A stretch of DNA of 64,000 nt from an uncultured bacterium (GCA_947085985.1 CAMTYL010000004.1:150885-214884); one strand, 5' to 3'; shown: positions 19,555-29,587, counted from the stretch's first letter. Notes: a model not told the origin generated them from the letters alone. Made by a program: numbers and translations.

Positions 19555-20159
19555 ACGGAGCGCACGAACATCTGCCGCCGGTAGCGAAAGCAGAAAGAGA
19601 ATTAGTGGGTGGCAGCGAGGAGCGCGTACACAATGAGCACGAGCTCGTTGCAGCAAGCCTGAATGCTAAGCTTGCGCTTAACGAAGCAATGCAAGCGGCA
19701 CCAGGACGCGCAGAAGAATTGGAAGTTCTGCGCAAGAGACTTGACTCACTCATTACAGATGCGAACGAGGCACTTAAGACGCTTGGGGCAGTAGCGGCCG
19801 TTGGTGACGTGCTTGAGGGTGCGCGCACAAAAAGTACTGAGCAGTCGGGACTGGTTGACCCCCAAACACTTGTGGAGAACCCCGACAAGGCTGAACAGCT
19901 TCTCGAGGGCGTAATTGCGATTACTGAGAACGTGTCTGACGACCCAGCACATCGTGCACTCTCAAACGAGGCGAAAGCAGCGCTCGCAGAGATTCCCCGC
20001 ACAAAGCAGACGGGCAGAAGGCTGGCACTTACTATTGCCGAGCGTGTTGCGAAAATATGCCTAGACCTGGCTGGTCTTGGTGCCGTAAGTCACGCGCTAG
20101 ACCTGATTGAAGACTGTACGCGAGTATTTATGGAGAATCGGCGCGCAGCCACCGCTTAG
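19551..20159 (+). CDS. Hypothetical coiled-coil protein
   Basis: 202-aa Ala/Glu/Leu-rich ORF. Confidence 0.65.
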   Translation: MNGAHEHLPPVAKAERELVGGSEERVHNEHELVAASLNAKLALNEAMQAAPGRAEELEVLRKRLDSLITDANEALKTLGAVAAVGDVLEGARTKSTEQSGLVDPQTLVENPDKAEQLLEGVIAITENVSDDPAHRALSNEAKAALAEIPRTKQTGRRLALTIAERVAKICLDLAGLGAVSHALDLIEDCTRVFMENRRAATA

Positions 20160-21829
20160 TCGCGCGGCACGTCCACCACCTTGAAGACCTCTTCAAGCGA
20201 CGTCTCGCCACTGATTGCTTTCAACACACCCTCTTGTGCCATGGTGAGGTAGCCCTGACGACGCACTGATTTTGCAATGTCACTCTCGCTTGGGTTGTCG
20301 CGAAGGAAGGTGCCCAACTCTTCGTCCATAAATATTGCCTCATGTACGCCGACGCGTCCTTTGTATCCCGTCTCGTCCTCTGACTTCGGGTCCGGTACCC
20401 ACACCATATCTATAGAAGCCGGTAGAAGACTCTTGTCTTCTACCGTAGAGAGCACGCGCTCCATGAGTGTCTTCTCTTCGTCCGTTGCGGGCACTTGCTT
20501 GCGCGCGTTTGGGTCAAGGGTTCGCACCAAACGTTGCGCCATCGCAACCGAGACCGCAGAGGCAAAGGTTTTTGGATCAAGCCCAAGGTCTACCAAGCGA
20601 GGGAAGGTACCCGCTGCGTTGTTGGTGTGGAGTGTTGAAAACACGAAGTGTCCGGTGAGTGCTGCCTGTACCGCCACTTGCGCCACTTCAGCGTCGCGGA
20701 TTTCTCCCACCATGATTACGTCCGGGTCCTGGCGAAGTACCGAGCGCAGTCCGGAGGCAAACGTATAGTCAGTGCCATTTGTTTGAGTCTGCACAATGCC
20801 TGGCAGGTGATACTCAATCGGGTCCTCAATGGTCACAATTTTAATCTCAGGGGTATGGATATGGCGCAGGAACGCGTAGAGGGAGGTGGTCTTTCCGGAA
20901 CCAGTCGGACCAGTCACTACCAACATGCCGTTAGGGCGAGTGATTTCGTCGGTGAGACGCGTCAGTAGTTTCGGGTGAATACCAAGCTTCTCAAACTCAA
21001 CTCCAAGCACAGAGGGGTCAAGTAAGCGAAGCACAAACGATTCACCAAACGCTCCAGGAATAACCGAGGTGCGGATCTCAACGTCGCCAGAAGGTCCTGG
21101 CACCGAGATGCGGCCGTCTTGCGCGCGGTTGGTGACGTTTAGTTTAAGGCCGGACAACAGCTTGATACGGCTTGCGAGCAAGCGGTACGCGTGAGGGTCA
21201 AAGGTATACATGTCGGTAAGCACACCGTCCAGACGCATACGAAGACGAACACCCGTTTCTTCTGGCTCCAAGTGAATGTCAGAGGCACGAAGCGCAAGCG
21301 CGGAGGCCATGATGTCTTCCAACAGTCCCGACACTTTTGCATGCGCGCCATCAGCAAACGCCTTGTCTAGGTGCGCGCGAAGCGCAGACACGGTGGTAAG
21401 TTCGCGGGTGAGTGCCGCCTGAGCCTCGTTTGAAAGGTCAAACACGCCAGAACGACTCACGCTTGCCAGGGAGAGATCCTGATATCGAACCCACGCAGTT
21501 TCTAGGCTTTTCATAGAGACCAGGAACCGCTCCAAAATGAAACCCTGTGCCTCAAGCGCCTGCTCAATCGCAGGCCAATTCTTGTTCTGCGGATTATGAA
21601 TGGCAACCGAGAGGTGGCGGCCACTTTTATCAAACAGAACAACCTCTGCCGCGTGTGCGTCCGCTTCAGGGAGAAGCCGAAGTGCGTCCACATTGATGGG
21701 CATGATGGTGAGGTCGGTGTAGGTGTAGCGGTACTTTTCAGCAAGTATTCGCGCCAAATCCTCCTCCTCCTTTTCGCGCAGGTGCGCCAATTGCTCACTC
21801 TGTGCTTGGTCGTCAAAATGAACCGTCAT
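20156..21829 (-). CDS. pilB: Type IV pilus assembly ATPase (PilB/GspE family)
   Basis: 'ASDIHLEP', 'QDGR', GPTGSGKT, 'TIEDPIEY', 'LRQDPDVIMVGEIRD', 'STLHTN'. Confidence 0.9.
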   Translation of the reverse strand: MTVHFDDQAQSEQLAHLREKEEEDLARILAEKYRYTYTDLTIMPINVDALRLLPEADAHAAEVVLFDKSGRHLSVAIHNPQNKNWPAIEQALEAQGFILERFLVSMKSLETAWVRYQDLSLASVSRSGVFDLSNEAQAALTRELTTVSALRAHLDKAFADGAHAKVSGLLEDIMASALALRASDIHLEPEETGVRLRMRLDGVLTDMYTFDPHAYRLLASRIKLLSGLKLNVTNRAQDGRISVPGPSGDVEIRTSVIPGAFGESFVLRLLDPSVLGVEFEKLGIHPKLLTRLTDEITRPNGMLVVTGPTGSGKTTSLYAFLRHIHTPEIKIVTIEDPIEYHLPGIVQTQTNGTDYTFASGLRSVLRQDPDVIMVGEIRDAEVAQVAVQAALTGHFVFSTLHTNNAAGTFPRLVDLGLDPKTFASAVSVAMAQRLVRTLDPNARKQVPATDEEKTLMERVLSTVEDKSLLPASIDMVWVPDPKSEDETGYKGRVGVHEAIFMDEELGTFLRDNPSESDIAKSVRRQGYLTMAQEGVLKAISGETSLEEVFKVVDVPRD

Positions 21830-21899
21830 ATATACGTGAATCATAGCACCCAGCACCTGCGGGGGTCGGGCGTTGCGTGGGGGCAGGGCACAGTCGCCC

Positions 21900-21928
21900 T
21901 TGACAAAACACCCTTTTGGGTGTAATAT
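21900..21928 (+). promoter_or_regulatory. Sigma70-type promoter
   Basis: TTGACA-17 bp-TAATAT; the spacer contains the inverted repeat CACCC-tttt-GGGTG. Confidence 0.65.
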
Positions 21929-21997
21929 GTATATATAAAGTCGCTCTTTCCAGACGAATAGTCAGAAAGGGCTCACGCCGCAAAAAAGGAGGGACGC

Positions 21998-22705
21998 ATG
22001 TCCGCTCGCAAAATCACTGCCGCTCTGTTCGCCTTGGCTCTGTTGGCTCCGGCCACCAGCGTCTTCGCGCAGACGGTACCGGCCGAAGACGGCTGGTACA
22101 GCGCGGGCGACACCGTCACCCGCTCACCGAAACCGTCCTGCGGCAAGATGCCGAAGGACGGGGAATACGAGCCGCTCTTCAAGATGGAGGGCGGCGTGTA
22201 CACTACTTGTCGCTGGTCCTACAAGGGGCCGAAGAAGAAGGCGGTGTATACCGGCTGGGGCTGGTTCCAGTGCTCAATGCAACACTTCATGTCGGTAGAA
22301 GACTGTCGTGCAGGGTTGATGAACTTCGTCACCCCCACACAATACTTCTCGGGCGGATTCCAGCCCGACTACTCCGGTTTCCGGCAGTACGGCGGGTACC
22401 AGCAGCCCTACTACAGTGGCGGCGGGTACCAGCGACCGTACGTCTGCCGCAACCAGGGCGACCCGGCCTGCTACCAAGGCTCGCGTTCGGGCGGCGGCTA
22501 CTATCCGCCACCACCGCCAACGCGCGGGCCTGTCTCTGGACAGCTCTACGTCTGCCGGGGATCGGGTGATCCCGGCTGCTACCAACAGACGCCTTCCGGA
22601 GGCGGATACACTCCGCCCCCGGCGACCCAGAACCCATCTTCCGGTAGCGTATATAGCTGCCAGGGGACGGGGGACCCGAACTGCTACCGGGCTCCGCGCC
22701 AGTAG
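21998..22705 (+). CDS. Secreted Gly/Tyr/Pro-rich protein with three YxCxxxGDPxCY repeats
   Basis: GGAGG Shine-Dalgarno; signal peptide ending VFA; repeats visible in the translation. Confidence 0.75.
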   Translation: MSARKITAALFALALLAPATSVFAQTVPAEDGWYSAGDTVTRSPKPSCGKMPKDGEYEPLFKMEGGVYTTCRWSYKGPKKKAVYTGWGWFQCSMQHFMSVEDCRAGLMNFVTPTQYFSGGFQPDYSGFRQYGGYQQPYYSGGGYQRPYVCRNQGDPACYQGSRSGGGYYPPPPPTRGPVSGQLYVCRGSGDPGCYQQTPSGGGYTPPPATQNPSSGSVYSCQGTGDPNCYRAPRQ

Positions 22706-22822
22706 CTCACCCTGACTATCTCGTCGAATCGCGCTCATCCTTCGGGATGGGCGCGTTTTGATGTCCAATTACTGATCTGTGTGCCAGTTCCGTTGCTATT
22801 TGGGGCGGGGTACAATTAGGGC

Positions 22823-23275
22823 ATGCAACGATTCCTCCCTGACTTAGAAGCGCTTACCAAGGAGGCAAAGACATTTACCGGAACGCTTGTACCAAAAGCG
22901 CGCGGAGCAACCTTGGTGACTCTCTCGGGAGAACTTGGGGCGGGGAAGACATCCTTTGCGCAGGGTGTAGCCGCAGCACTCGGTGTCGCAGGCTCGGTCA
23001 CCAGCCCCACTTTTGTTCTTGAAAAGGTGTACGAGCTGCGAGGTCAGCCATTTTCTAAACTCATTCACATAGATGCGTATCGGCTGGTAAGTGGGGACGA
23101 GTTGCGAGCTCTTGGCTTTGACGAGCTGATGGGCGAGGCCAGCAATCTCGTACTGCTTGAGTGGCCAGAAAAAGTATCGGATCTGCTTCCAGCCCCCGCG
23201 CACCGCATTACACTCACGGTGCCGGAACCAGCAGATAATCCGGCAACCGCCGGGCGAACTATTTCGTATGCCTAA
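22823..23275 (+). CDS. tsaE: tRNA t6A biosynthesis ATPase TsaE
   Basis: 'GELGAGKT', 'VTSPTF', 'HIDAYRL', 'EWPE'. Confidence 0.95.
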   Translation: MQRFLPDLEALTKEAKTFTGTLVPKARGATLVTLSGELGAGKTSFAQGVAAALGVAGSVTSPTFVLEKVYELRGQPFSKLIHIDAYRLVSGDELRALGFDELMGEASNLVLLEWPEKVSDLLPAPAHRITLTVPEPADNPATAGRTISYA

Positions 23276-25664
23276 GACCGCACCACAGAGAACAAAACGG
23301 CTCGTGCTCCTTGATGCGCACGCCATCATTCATCGTGCGTATCATGCGCTCCCTGATTTCACGGGCCCTGGCGGACAACCAACAGGAGCACTATACGGGC
23401 TCTCAAGCATGTTGCTAAAAATAGCGACCGATTTGCGACCCGACTACATTGTGGCGTGCTACGACTTGCCAAAGCCCACGGTACGTCACGAAGCGTATGA
23501 GGGCTACAAAGGCACCCGAGGAAAATCGGACGACGCACTCATCACGCAACTGCAAAGTTCACGCCAAGTGTTCAAGGCGTTCTCAATCCCAATATACGAG
23601 CGCGAAGGGTTTGAGGCCGACGATGTGCTCGGAACTATTTGCAAAGAGCTTGCAGACGACACAGACACAGAAATCATTATCGCTTCCGGCGACATGGACA
23701 CCATGCAGCTGATAGATCAGGGGCGAGTGTCGGTATATACCCTTAAAAAAGGATTAAACGACACTATTTTGTACGACGAGCACGCGGTGCGGGAGCGCTA
23801 CGGCTTTCCGCCAGAACTTATTGCCGATTACAAGGGGTTGCGCGGCGACCCCTCTGACAGCATCAAGGGCGTGCCAGGGGTGGGGGAGAAGACGGCAACC
23901 GAGCTGATTCAGAAGTTTGGCTCGGTGGAAAACATTTACAAGACAATCAAGAAGAATGAAGCGCTGCTGCTTGAGGCTGGGGTGAAGCCACGCATCATCG
24001 GCCTTCTCAAAGAGCACGAGGAAGACGCACTCTTCTCCAAGATGATGGCAACCATTCGCACCGATGCACCGATTGCGTTTCGGATTCCAAAGGACACGTG
24101 GCGAGACACGATATCGCAGGAGGCAATCTTTGCACTCTTTGATGAGTTTGGGTTTAGAACCCTGCGCGCTCGCGTGCGCACCCTCACTGGGGAAGAAGAC
24201 ATGGAGGACGAGGCGATGCTCGCAGCCCTTGAAGAATCAACTGAAGAGTCGGCAGGGTCTGTTGACCCGGCGCGCTTGAAAGAAGCGAAAGTGATGCTGT
24301 GGCTTTTGTATTCAGAGTTCACGAACCCAGACTACGACGACGTGCTCGGGTTTACCAAAACGCACACCTTTGACGAAGCATACGAGGAACTCGGGCGACG
24401 CCTCGCTGAAATTCCGACACTGCAGAACCTGTACGACACCATAGAAAAGCCGCTTATACCCATTGTGGACGAGATGGGGCGACACGGTGTGCGCATTGAC
24501 CGTGCGCTTCTAGAAAGACTTCGAAGCGAGTACCAGGAGGAGCTGACCGGCATTGAGAAAAACATTTTCCAGATGGCAGGGCGAGAGTTTAATGTAAGCT
24601 CGCCAAAGCAGTTAGGAGAGGTGTTGTTTGACGAGCTTGAACTCACCGTAAAGGGGCAGAAGAAAACCGCTGGCGGACAGCGCAGTACCAAGGAAACCGA
24701 GCTTGAAAAGATTCGCGACCTGCACCCGATTGTGGACGAGGTGCTCAAGTACAGAGGACTGAAGAAATTGCTCGGCACCTACATTGAAGCAATCCCGCCA
24801 CTTCTGGATAGCGAGGACCGACTTCACGCAGAATTTTTGCAGACAGGCGCAGTGACGGGTCGCATGGCGAGCCAAAACCCTGGGCTGCAAAACATTCCGG
24901 TGCGCACCGAGCAGGGCAGAGCAATCCGTGCAGCCTTTATCCCCACAGAGGGGTACACCCTTGTGGGGCTTGATTACTCACAGATTGAACTTCGTATCGC
25001 GGCGATTCTCTCGGGGGACGAGAAGCTGTGTGAAATTTTCAAGAGCGGACGCGATGTACACACTGAAGTAGCTTCTGCGGTTATGGGAGTTCCTGCGGGC
25101 GAAGTGGATAGAGAGATGCGACGCCGGGCAAAGATCATTAACTTCGGCATCCTCTACGGCATGGGAGTGAACGCGCTCAAGGTACAGCTCGGCACTACCA
25201 TCGGTGAGGCACAGCAATACCTGGAGGATTATTTCTCCACGTTCTCTCGCCTCAAGGAATACCTGGAAGAGACAAAGGGATACGCGCGCAAGCACGGATA
25301 CACGGAAACTATGTTTGGCCGCCGCCGCCAGTTCCCAGAAATGAAGTCGCCGCTGCCATATGTGCGCGCACAAGCAGAGCGCATGGCTATAAACGCGCCG
25401 ATACAGGGCACTCAGTCAGACGTGATTAAAGCGGCCATGGTGCGCGTAGACGAATGGCTCCGAGAAATAGGTGCGCGAGAAGACGTACACCTCATGTTGC
25501 AGGTGCACGACGAGTTGGTGTACGAAGTAAAAAACGAGCGAGTAGAAGAGATTGCGCGTGGGATTGAGGACATTATGGAAGGGGTGCTCACTGACGAGCA
25601 AAGAAAAGACGTGCCGATTTTGGCGGAGTGGAAGGCTGGACCGAACTGGGGAGCAATGGAATAA
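23268..25664 (+). CDS. polA: DNA polymerase I (5'-3' exonuclease + polymerase; 3'-5' exonuclease region reduced)
   Basis: 'EADDVLG', 'GDPSD', 'DYSQIELR', 'AKIINFGILYG', 'LQVHDEL'. Confidence 0.95.
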   Translation: MPKTAPQRTKRLVLLDAHAIIHRAYHALPDFTGPGGQPTGALYGLSSMLLKIATDLRPDYIVACYDLPKPTVRHEAYEGYKGTRGKSDDALITQLQSSRQVFKAFSIPIYEREGFEADDVLGTICKELADDTDTEIIIASGDMDTMQLIDQGRVSVYTLKKGLNDTILYDEHAVRERYGFPPELIADYKGLRGDPSDSIKGVPGVGEKTATELIQKFGSVENIYKTIKKNEALLLEAGVKPRIIGLLKEHEEDALFSKMMATIRTDAPIAFRIPKDTWRDTISQEAIFALFDEFGFRTLRARVRTLTGEEDMEDEAMLAALEESTEESAGSVDPARLKEAKVMLWLLYSEFTNPDYDDVLGFTKTHTFDEAYEELGRRLAEIPTLQNLYDTIEKPLIPIVDEMGRHGVRIDRALLERLRSEYQEELTGIEKNIFQMAGREFNVSSPKQLGEVLFDELELTVKGQKKTAGGQRSTKETELEKIRDLHPIVDEVLKYRGLKKLLGTYIEAIPPLLDSEDRLHAEFLQTGAVTGRMASQNPGLQNIPVRTEQGRAIRAAFIPTEGYTLVGLDYSQIELRIAAILSGDEKLCEIFKSGRDVHTEVASAVMGVPAGEVDREMRRRAKIINFGILYGMGVNALKVQLGTTIGEAQQYLEDYFSTFSRLKEYLEETKGYARKHGYTETMFGRRRQFPEMKSPLPYVRAQAERMAINAPIQGTQSDVIKAAMVRVDEWLREIGAREDVHLMLQVHDELVYEVKNERVEEIARGIEDIMEGVLTDEQRKDVPILAEWKAGPNWGAME

Positions 25665-25781
25665 CCAGGCAAAAATGTTCGGATACGTCGTTGCGGGCCC
25701 CAAGGAGCTCATGCGCCGTACTATATGTACGTCTTATTAGTTCCTTCTCCCGCGCCTCGTCTGCGAGCATTTTTGCTCTGG
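25665..25781. repeat. REP/MITE-like palindromic intergenic repeat, copy B
   Basis: Shares core motifs with 4235-4345; inverted ends GCAAAAATG / CATTTTTGC. Confidence 0.65.
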
Positions 25782-25808
25782 TTAGAGTGATGTAGGTATA
25801 CTAATCGG

Positions 25809-26468
25809 GTGATTTATCTTTTCTGTGGAAGCGACACGAATAAGGTTCGGGCCAAGGCCTTTCAGTGGGTAGAGGCTGCGCGCAGTAAGGCGCCAGACGC
25901 GGTGTATGTGCGACTTACGCCCGAGATGGTGACACCAGAAATGGTGCGCGGCGCGCTCAGTAGTCAGGGACTCTTTTTTTCTAAGTCACTCATCCTTCTA
26001 GACGACCCTTTTTCGCAAAGTGAAACAAGTGAGACGGTACTTGAGCTTCTAGAGGAACTCGCAGCGTCGCAGAATCCCGTTGCCATTCTTGCGCCAAAGC
26101 TTTTGGCCGCGAGAGTGAAAAAGGTAGAAGCAAAAGCAGAGAAGGTATTCAAAATTGATGTTGATAGCGCGCGCCTGCCTGCCGGCAGGCAGGGGTTTAA
26201 TAGTGCGCTCGTAAATGCGCTCGCGAACAAAGACAGCGCAGGGCTGTGGAAAGAATTACATAAAGCGTACCGACAGGGAGACGCGCCCGAACTAGTGCAC
26301 GGACTACTCCACTGGAAAGCACGCGACATGATGCAAAAAGGGAATCCGAAGTGGGGGAAGGACGGAGCGCGTACACTCTCGCGCGAACTGATTGAGTTGG
26401 TGAGCGATTCTAGAAACGGGGACTTGGCGCTTAGGGAGGGGTTGGAGCGGTTTGTGTTAAAAGTGTAG
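25809..26468 (+). CDS. holA: DNA polymerase III delta subunit-like (short HolA)
   Basis: 'MIYLFCGSD', 'SQGLFFSKSLILL', C-terminal 'LERFVL'; position after polA. Confidence 0.65.
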   Translation: MIYLFCGSDTNKVRAKAFQWVEAARSKAPDAVYVRLTPEMVTPEMVRGALSSQGLFFSKSLILLDDPFSQSETSETVLELLEELAASQNPVAILAPKLLAARVKKVEAKAEKVFKIDVDSARLPAGRQGFNSALVNALANKDSAGLWKELHKAYRQGDAPELVHGLLHWKARDMMQKGNPKWGKDGARTLSRELIELVSDSRNGDLALREGLERFVLKV

Positions 26469-26478
26469 ATATCAGCAC

Positions 26479-26661
26479 GTGCGCCTACCTGGGACGTGAT
26501 TACACTTCTCGCTCCTTACAGGAGCAGTACACCTTGTGGAGATTTTGCTTCATGACTTCGCAAAATCTGCTCACAAGGTCTTCGAGCCCAGGACGCAGGC
26601 TTCCCAAGCCTGCTTAGGCGCACAAATTAAAGAACCGCCAGTGGGGCGGTTCTTTAATTTG
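26479..26661 (-). mobile_element. tRNA-mirror element behind tRNA-Lys
   Basis: Split antisense copy of the tRNA 3' end (26581-26592 and 26615-26623); distal 15-bp direct repeat 26479-26493. Confidence 0.7.
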
Positions 26662-26734
26662 TGCGCCTACCTGGGCTCGAACCAGGGACCGTCTCCTTAA
26701 AAGGGAGCTGCTCTACCAACTGAGCTATAGGCGC
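26662..26734 (-). tRNA. tRNA-Lys(TTT)
   Basis: GCGCCTA acceptor, D-loop AGTTGGTA, anticodon loop CTTTTAA, T-loop TTCGAGC. Confidence 0.93.
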
Positions 26735-26752
26735 ATGCTCACTGTTATACCG

Positions 26753-27754
26753 CTAATAGGTGTATAGGTCTACGGTTAGCCCATTCTCGTCCAGTAATCT
26801 AATAGCTTCACGCGAGTCTTTCCAGAGCTCTCCGTACCGCATGGTGGAGTCATTCCTGCGGGTTATTTCGGTGCGCCCCAGATAGATGCGCCAGATATCG
26901 CTATAGAAAGATGAGCTGTAGCGATAGTTCTCCACACAACCATTGTACGTGAGGCGTGAGTAGATAAGCGAAAGACAGTTGGCTGAGGTGCGGCTATCTT
27001 CCTGTGGGGTCACACACATGCTCGTATTTCTCACTAAGTTGTAGCAGGCAGTTTCTTTGTACGGGTTTCCGGTGAAGTGCCTATCAAACTCGGACGAAGG
27101 GGAAGGGCAGCGGCGACCAAGAGCAGGAGAGAAACTTTGATTCACTCCCAAATACCCCGTGCACATGTTTTCTGCAAAAGAGCCCCCTATAGGCGATTCT
27201 CCAGTTATCACGTACGCACGCTCACCTGGATACAGCACAATAGGTTCTGAAGCATTAAGTGTGCCACTTGTCGGAAGCTTTGTGCCTTGTGGAATTGTCG
27301 CACTCCTGTCGGTTGCTACAGAGACAAGCTTCCACCCAGTAATGGTTATGGGCTCTGTGGCGCTTGAGGACGCCTGAAGGACAAGGTACTCATGCTGCGG
27401 GTCGGTGGACGAAACATTCCCGCCACTGATAGTCACCAGGCCGCGCTTTGGAGAAGGGGTGCTGAACAGTGCCTGGCGCTTAGACTCTATCTGCAGATTA
27501 CCCAACTGGTACTCAATACTTTGCACACTGCTGCGCACTTCTGCAGAGCGGATACTTGGCAGGCCCCCCGTCACGTTGATGCCACCCTTATACCAATCGG
27601 TGTCACCATAGCCAACTTGAGTCTGTCCAACGCCCGTAACGGGGGTGATGAATGGCCCCGAGAATGAAATAGGATTGCTCGGGCCACCACCAGCAAGCCA
27701 CAAGACAAAGAAAAAGACCATCACTCCGAGAAAAAAGAGGAAGTCGCTTTGCAT
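26753..27754 (-). CDS. Membrane-anchored protein with lamin-tail-like domain and Cys-rich insert
   Basis: N-terminal TM; 'EYLVL...PITITGWKL'; C-terminal 'IRLLDENGLTVD'. Confidence 0.6.
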   Translation of the reverse strand: MQSDFLFFLGVMVFFFVLWLAGGGPSNPISFSGPFITPVTGVGQTQVGYGDTDWYKGGINVTGGLPSIRSAEVRSSVQSIEYQLGNLQIESKRQALFSTPSPKRGLVTISGGNVSSTDPQHEYLVLQASSSATEPITITGWKLVSVATDRSATIPQGTKLPTSGTLNASEPIVLYPGERAYVITGESPIGGSFAENMCTGYLGVNQSFSPALGRRCPSPSSEFDRHFTGNPYKETACYNLVRNTSMCVTPQEDSRTSANCLSLIYSRLTYNGCVENYRYSSSFYSDIWRIYLGRTEITRRNDSTMRYGELWKDSREAIRLLDENGLTVDLYTY

Positions 27755-27773
27755 AAAAGTATAATACCGCGCC

Positions 27774-29030
27774 CTACTTCATTCGCTTGAGTTCTTCACG
27801 TACTACCTCCGCATCACTCCATGGAGTCCTTTTTCCATTTGCTTCCATGATGTATGGGTCTGTGCCTTTGCCAGTGATAAGCACCGCGTCTCCTGTGCGG
27901 GCAAGCGAAAGGGCAGTGGCAATTGCTTCTCGGCGGTCCATGATAATGCGCGGCTCACGACTCATGCCAGAGGCCATGGCGTCCATAATTGCCTGCGGGT
28001 CTTCGTCGTAGGGGTCTTCGTTTGCAAGGATTACTTCGTCGCAGTGTTCGTCTGCGATTTTACCCATCAGCGGCCGCTTCCAGGTGTCGCGGCCGCCCCC
28101 GGTGTTTCCAAGTACACAAATCTTTCTGCGCTTTCCGTACGCACCGTATAGTGCTGTGAGCGAGTCAGGGGTGTGAGCGTAGTCAACCACCGCAAGAAAA
28201 TCCTGGCCCTCTTCAATTTTTTCAGCGCGTCCTGGAATACGAGTAAGTAAGTGGAGCGCCTCACTACTTTTCTCTAGCGGCACACCAAGCCACGCAGCAG
28301 TCTTAATTGCAGCGAGAGCATTGCGTACAGAAAACTCACCGGGTTGTGGAATATCAAACGACACCCCCTCGTACGTAAACGAAACCGACTCGTTTTGATA
28401 GGAGATATTTGCGGCGTCTCCAATGCTAAACGGCAGCGCTGTTTCTACAGGAAGAGCCAGGTAGGGCTTCGCGTACTCACTGTCACTGTTAGCAATTATC
28501 GCGCGCGGGCGCTTTGTTGAGCGCGCCAGCTCTTCCCCTAGGCGGAACTTCGCGCGCGCGTATGCCTCCATGCTTCCGTGTGACTCAATATGCTCGCGTT
28601 GCAAGTTAGTAAAAATAAGCGCGTCCATAGCAAGGAACAGGTGACGATTCTGGACCGCACCTTCAGAAGTCACTTCAAGCACCGCGTAGCGCGCGCCCTT
28701 ATTTGCAGCGTCAAGCAAAAACTTTTGCAGAAATCCGCGACCAGGCATGGTCATCTTGAATAGGTTTGGGCGCGACTCCTCGTTCACCGCAAAACGGATA
28801 GTGCCGGCCATGGCGGTGGGGTAGTCTGCATGGCGCAAAATAGCAAAGAGCATTTCTGAAACCGAAGACTTTCCCTTGGTGCCCGTGATACCAATCACGG
28901 TTAGCTTTTTCGCAGGGAAGCCGTAGACAAGAGCTGCACCAAACGCCCAGAGCGCATGATAGATACGCATAAGTGCCTGGTGCAGCGAGCGGGGAAGAAG
29001 TGTTGCTAAGAGTGAGCGAAGGAAGTGCAT
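27774..29030 (-). CDS. murE: Mur ligase, MurE type
   Basis: 'GITGTKGK', 'VVDYAHTPD', 'GGGRD', 'EDPYDEDP', 'ITGKG'. Confidence 0.88.
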   Translation of the reverse strand: MHFLRSLLATLLPRSLHQALMRIYHALWAFGAALVYGFPAKKLTVIGITGTKGKSSVSEMLFAILRHADYPTAMAGTIRFAVNEESRPNLFKMTMPGRGFLQKFLLDAANKGARYAVLEVTSEGAVQNRHLFLAMDALIFTNLQREHIESHGSMEAYARAKFRLGEELARSTKRPRAIIANSDSEYAKPYLALPVETALPFSIGDAANISYQNESVSFTYEGVSFDIPQPGEFSVRNALAAIKTAAWLGVPLEKSSEALHLLTRIPGRAEKIEEGQDFLAVVDYAHTPDSLTALYGAYGKRRKICVLGNTGGGRDTWKRPLMGKIADEHCDEVILANEDPYDEDPQAIMDAMASGMSREPRIIMDRREAIATALSLARTGDAVLITGKGTDPYIMEANGKRTPWSDAEVVREELKRMK

Positions 29031-29032
29031 AA

Positions 29033-29587
29033 CTACTTTGATGCGGATGAGAGAGCCGCCTTAAGGCGTGCATCTTTACCAACGGCGGAGCGGGGAATCT
29101 GTCCAAGTGCTCCACGGGCCTCGCGCTCCGTATAGCCGAGTGCAACTAACATATCAAATACGTCCGCGTCGCTTTCATCGTGCCCCTGGTCTCGGCCCCC
29201 AAGCTTCTCAGCAAGTTCTACGATAATTTTCTCCGCAGCTTTCTTTCCAAGGCCGGCAACGCGAGTGAGGTAGTCGAGGTCACGCCCTGCAATCGCGCTC
29301 TCAAGTGAGGCGCGTGGACCACGCCGCATGATTGAAAGCGCGGTCTTTGGTCCTACGTTTGGTACTGAAAGGAGAAGTTCAAAAAAAGCCCGCTCCTCCT
29401 CAATAACAAAGCCGTATAAATCCACCCCGTCCTGTTTAATGGAGAGATAGGTCTTTAAGGTCACCTCGCTGCCGGGAGAAAGCTGTTCCGGAGCAGCCAG
29501 ATGCACAAATACACCCCAGCCAGCCACGTCTACCACCGCACCGACGGTGTCTACTGATAAAACCCTGCCACGAATCTCTCTAATCAT
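29033..29587 (-). CDS. ruvA: Holliday junction branch-migration protein RuvA
   Basis: 'LYGF', HhH motifs 'VPNVGPKTA' and 'GLGKKAAEKI', 'LVALGY'. Confidence 0.95.
   Translation of the reverse strand: MIREIRGRVLSVDTVGAVVDVAGWGVFVHLAAPEQLSPGSEVTLKTYLSIKQDGVDLYGFVIEEERAFFELLLSVPNVGPKTALSIMRRGPRASLESAIAGRDLDYLTRVAGLGKKAAEKIIVELAEKLGGRDQGHDESDADVFDMLVALGYTEREARGALGQIPRSAVGKDARLKAALSSASK

Noticed and set aside
21916-22569. 217-aa Arg-rich alternative frame
   Set aside because: The 21998 frame has the Shine-Dalgarno site, signal peptide and coherent repeats.
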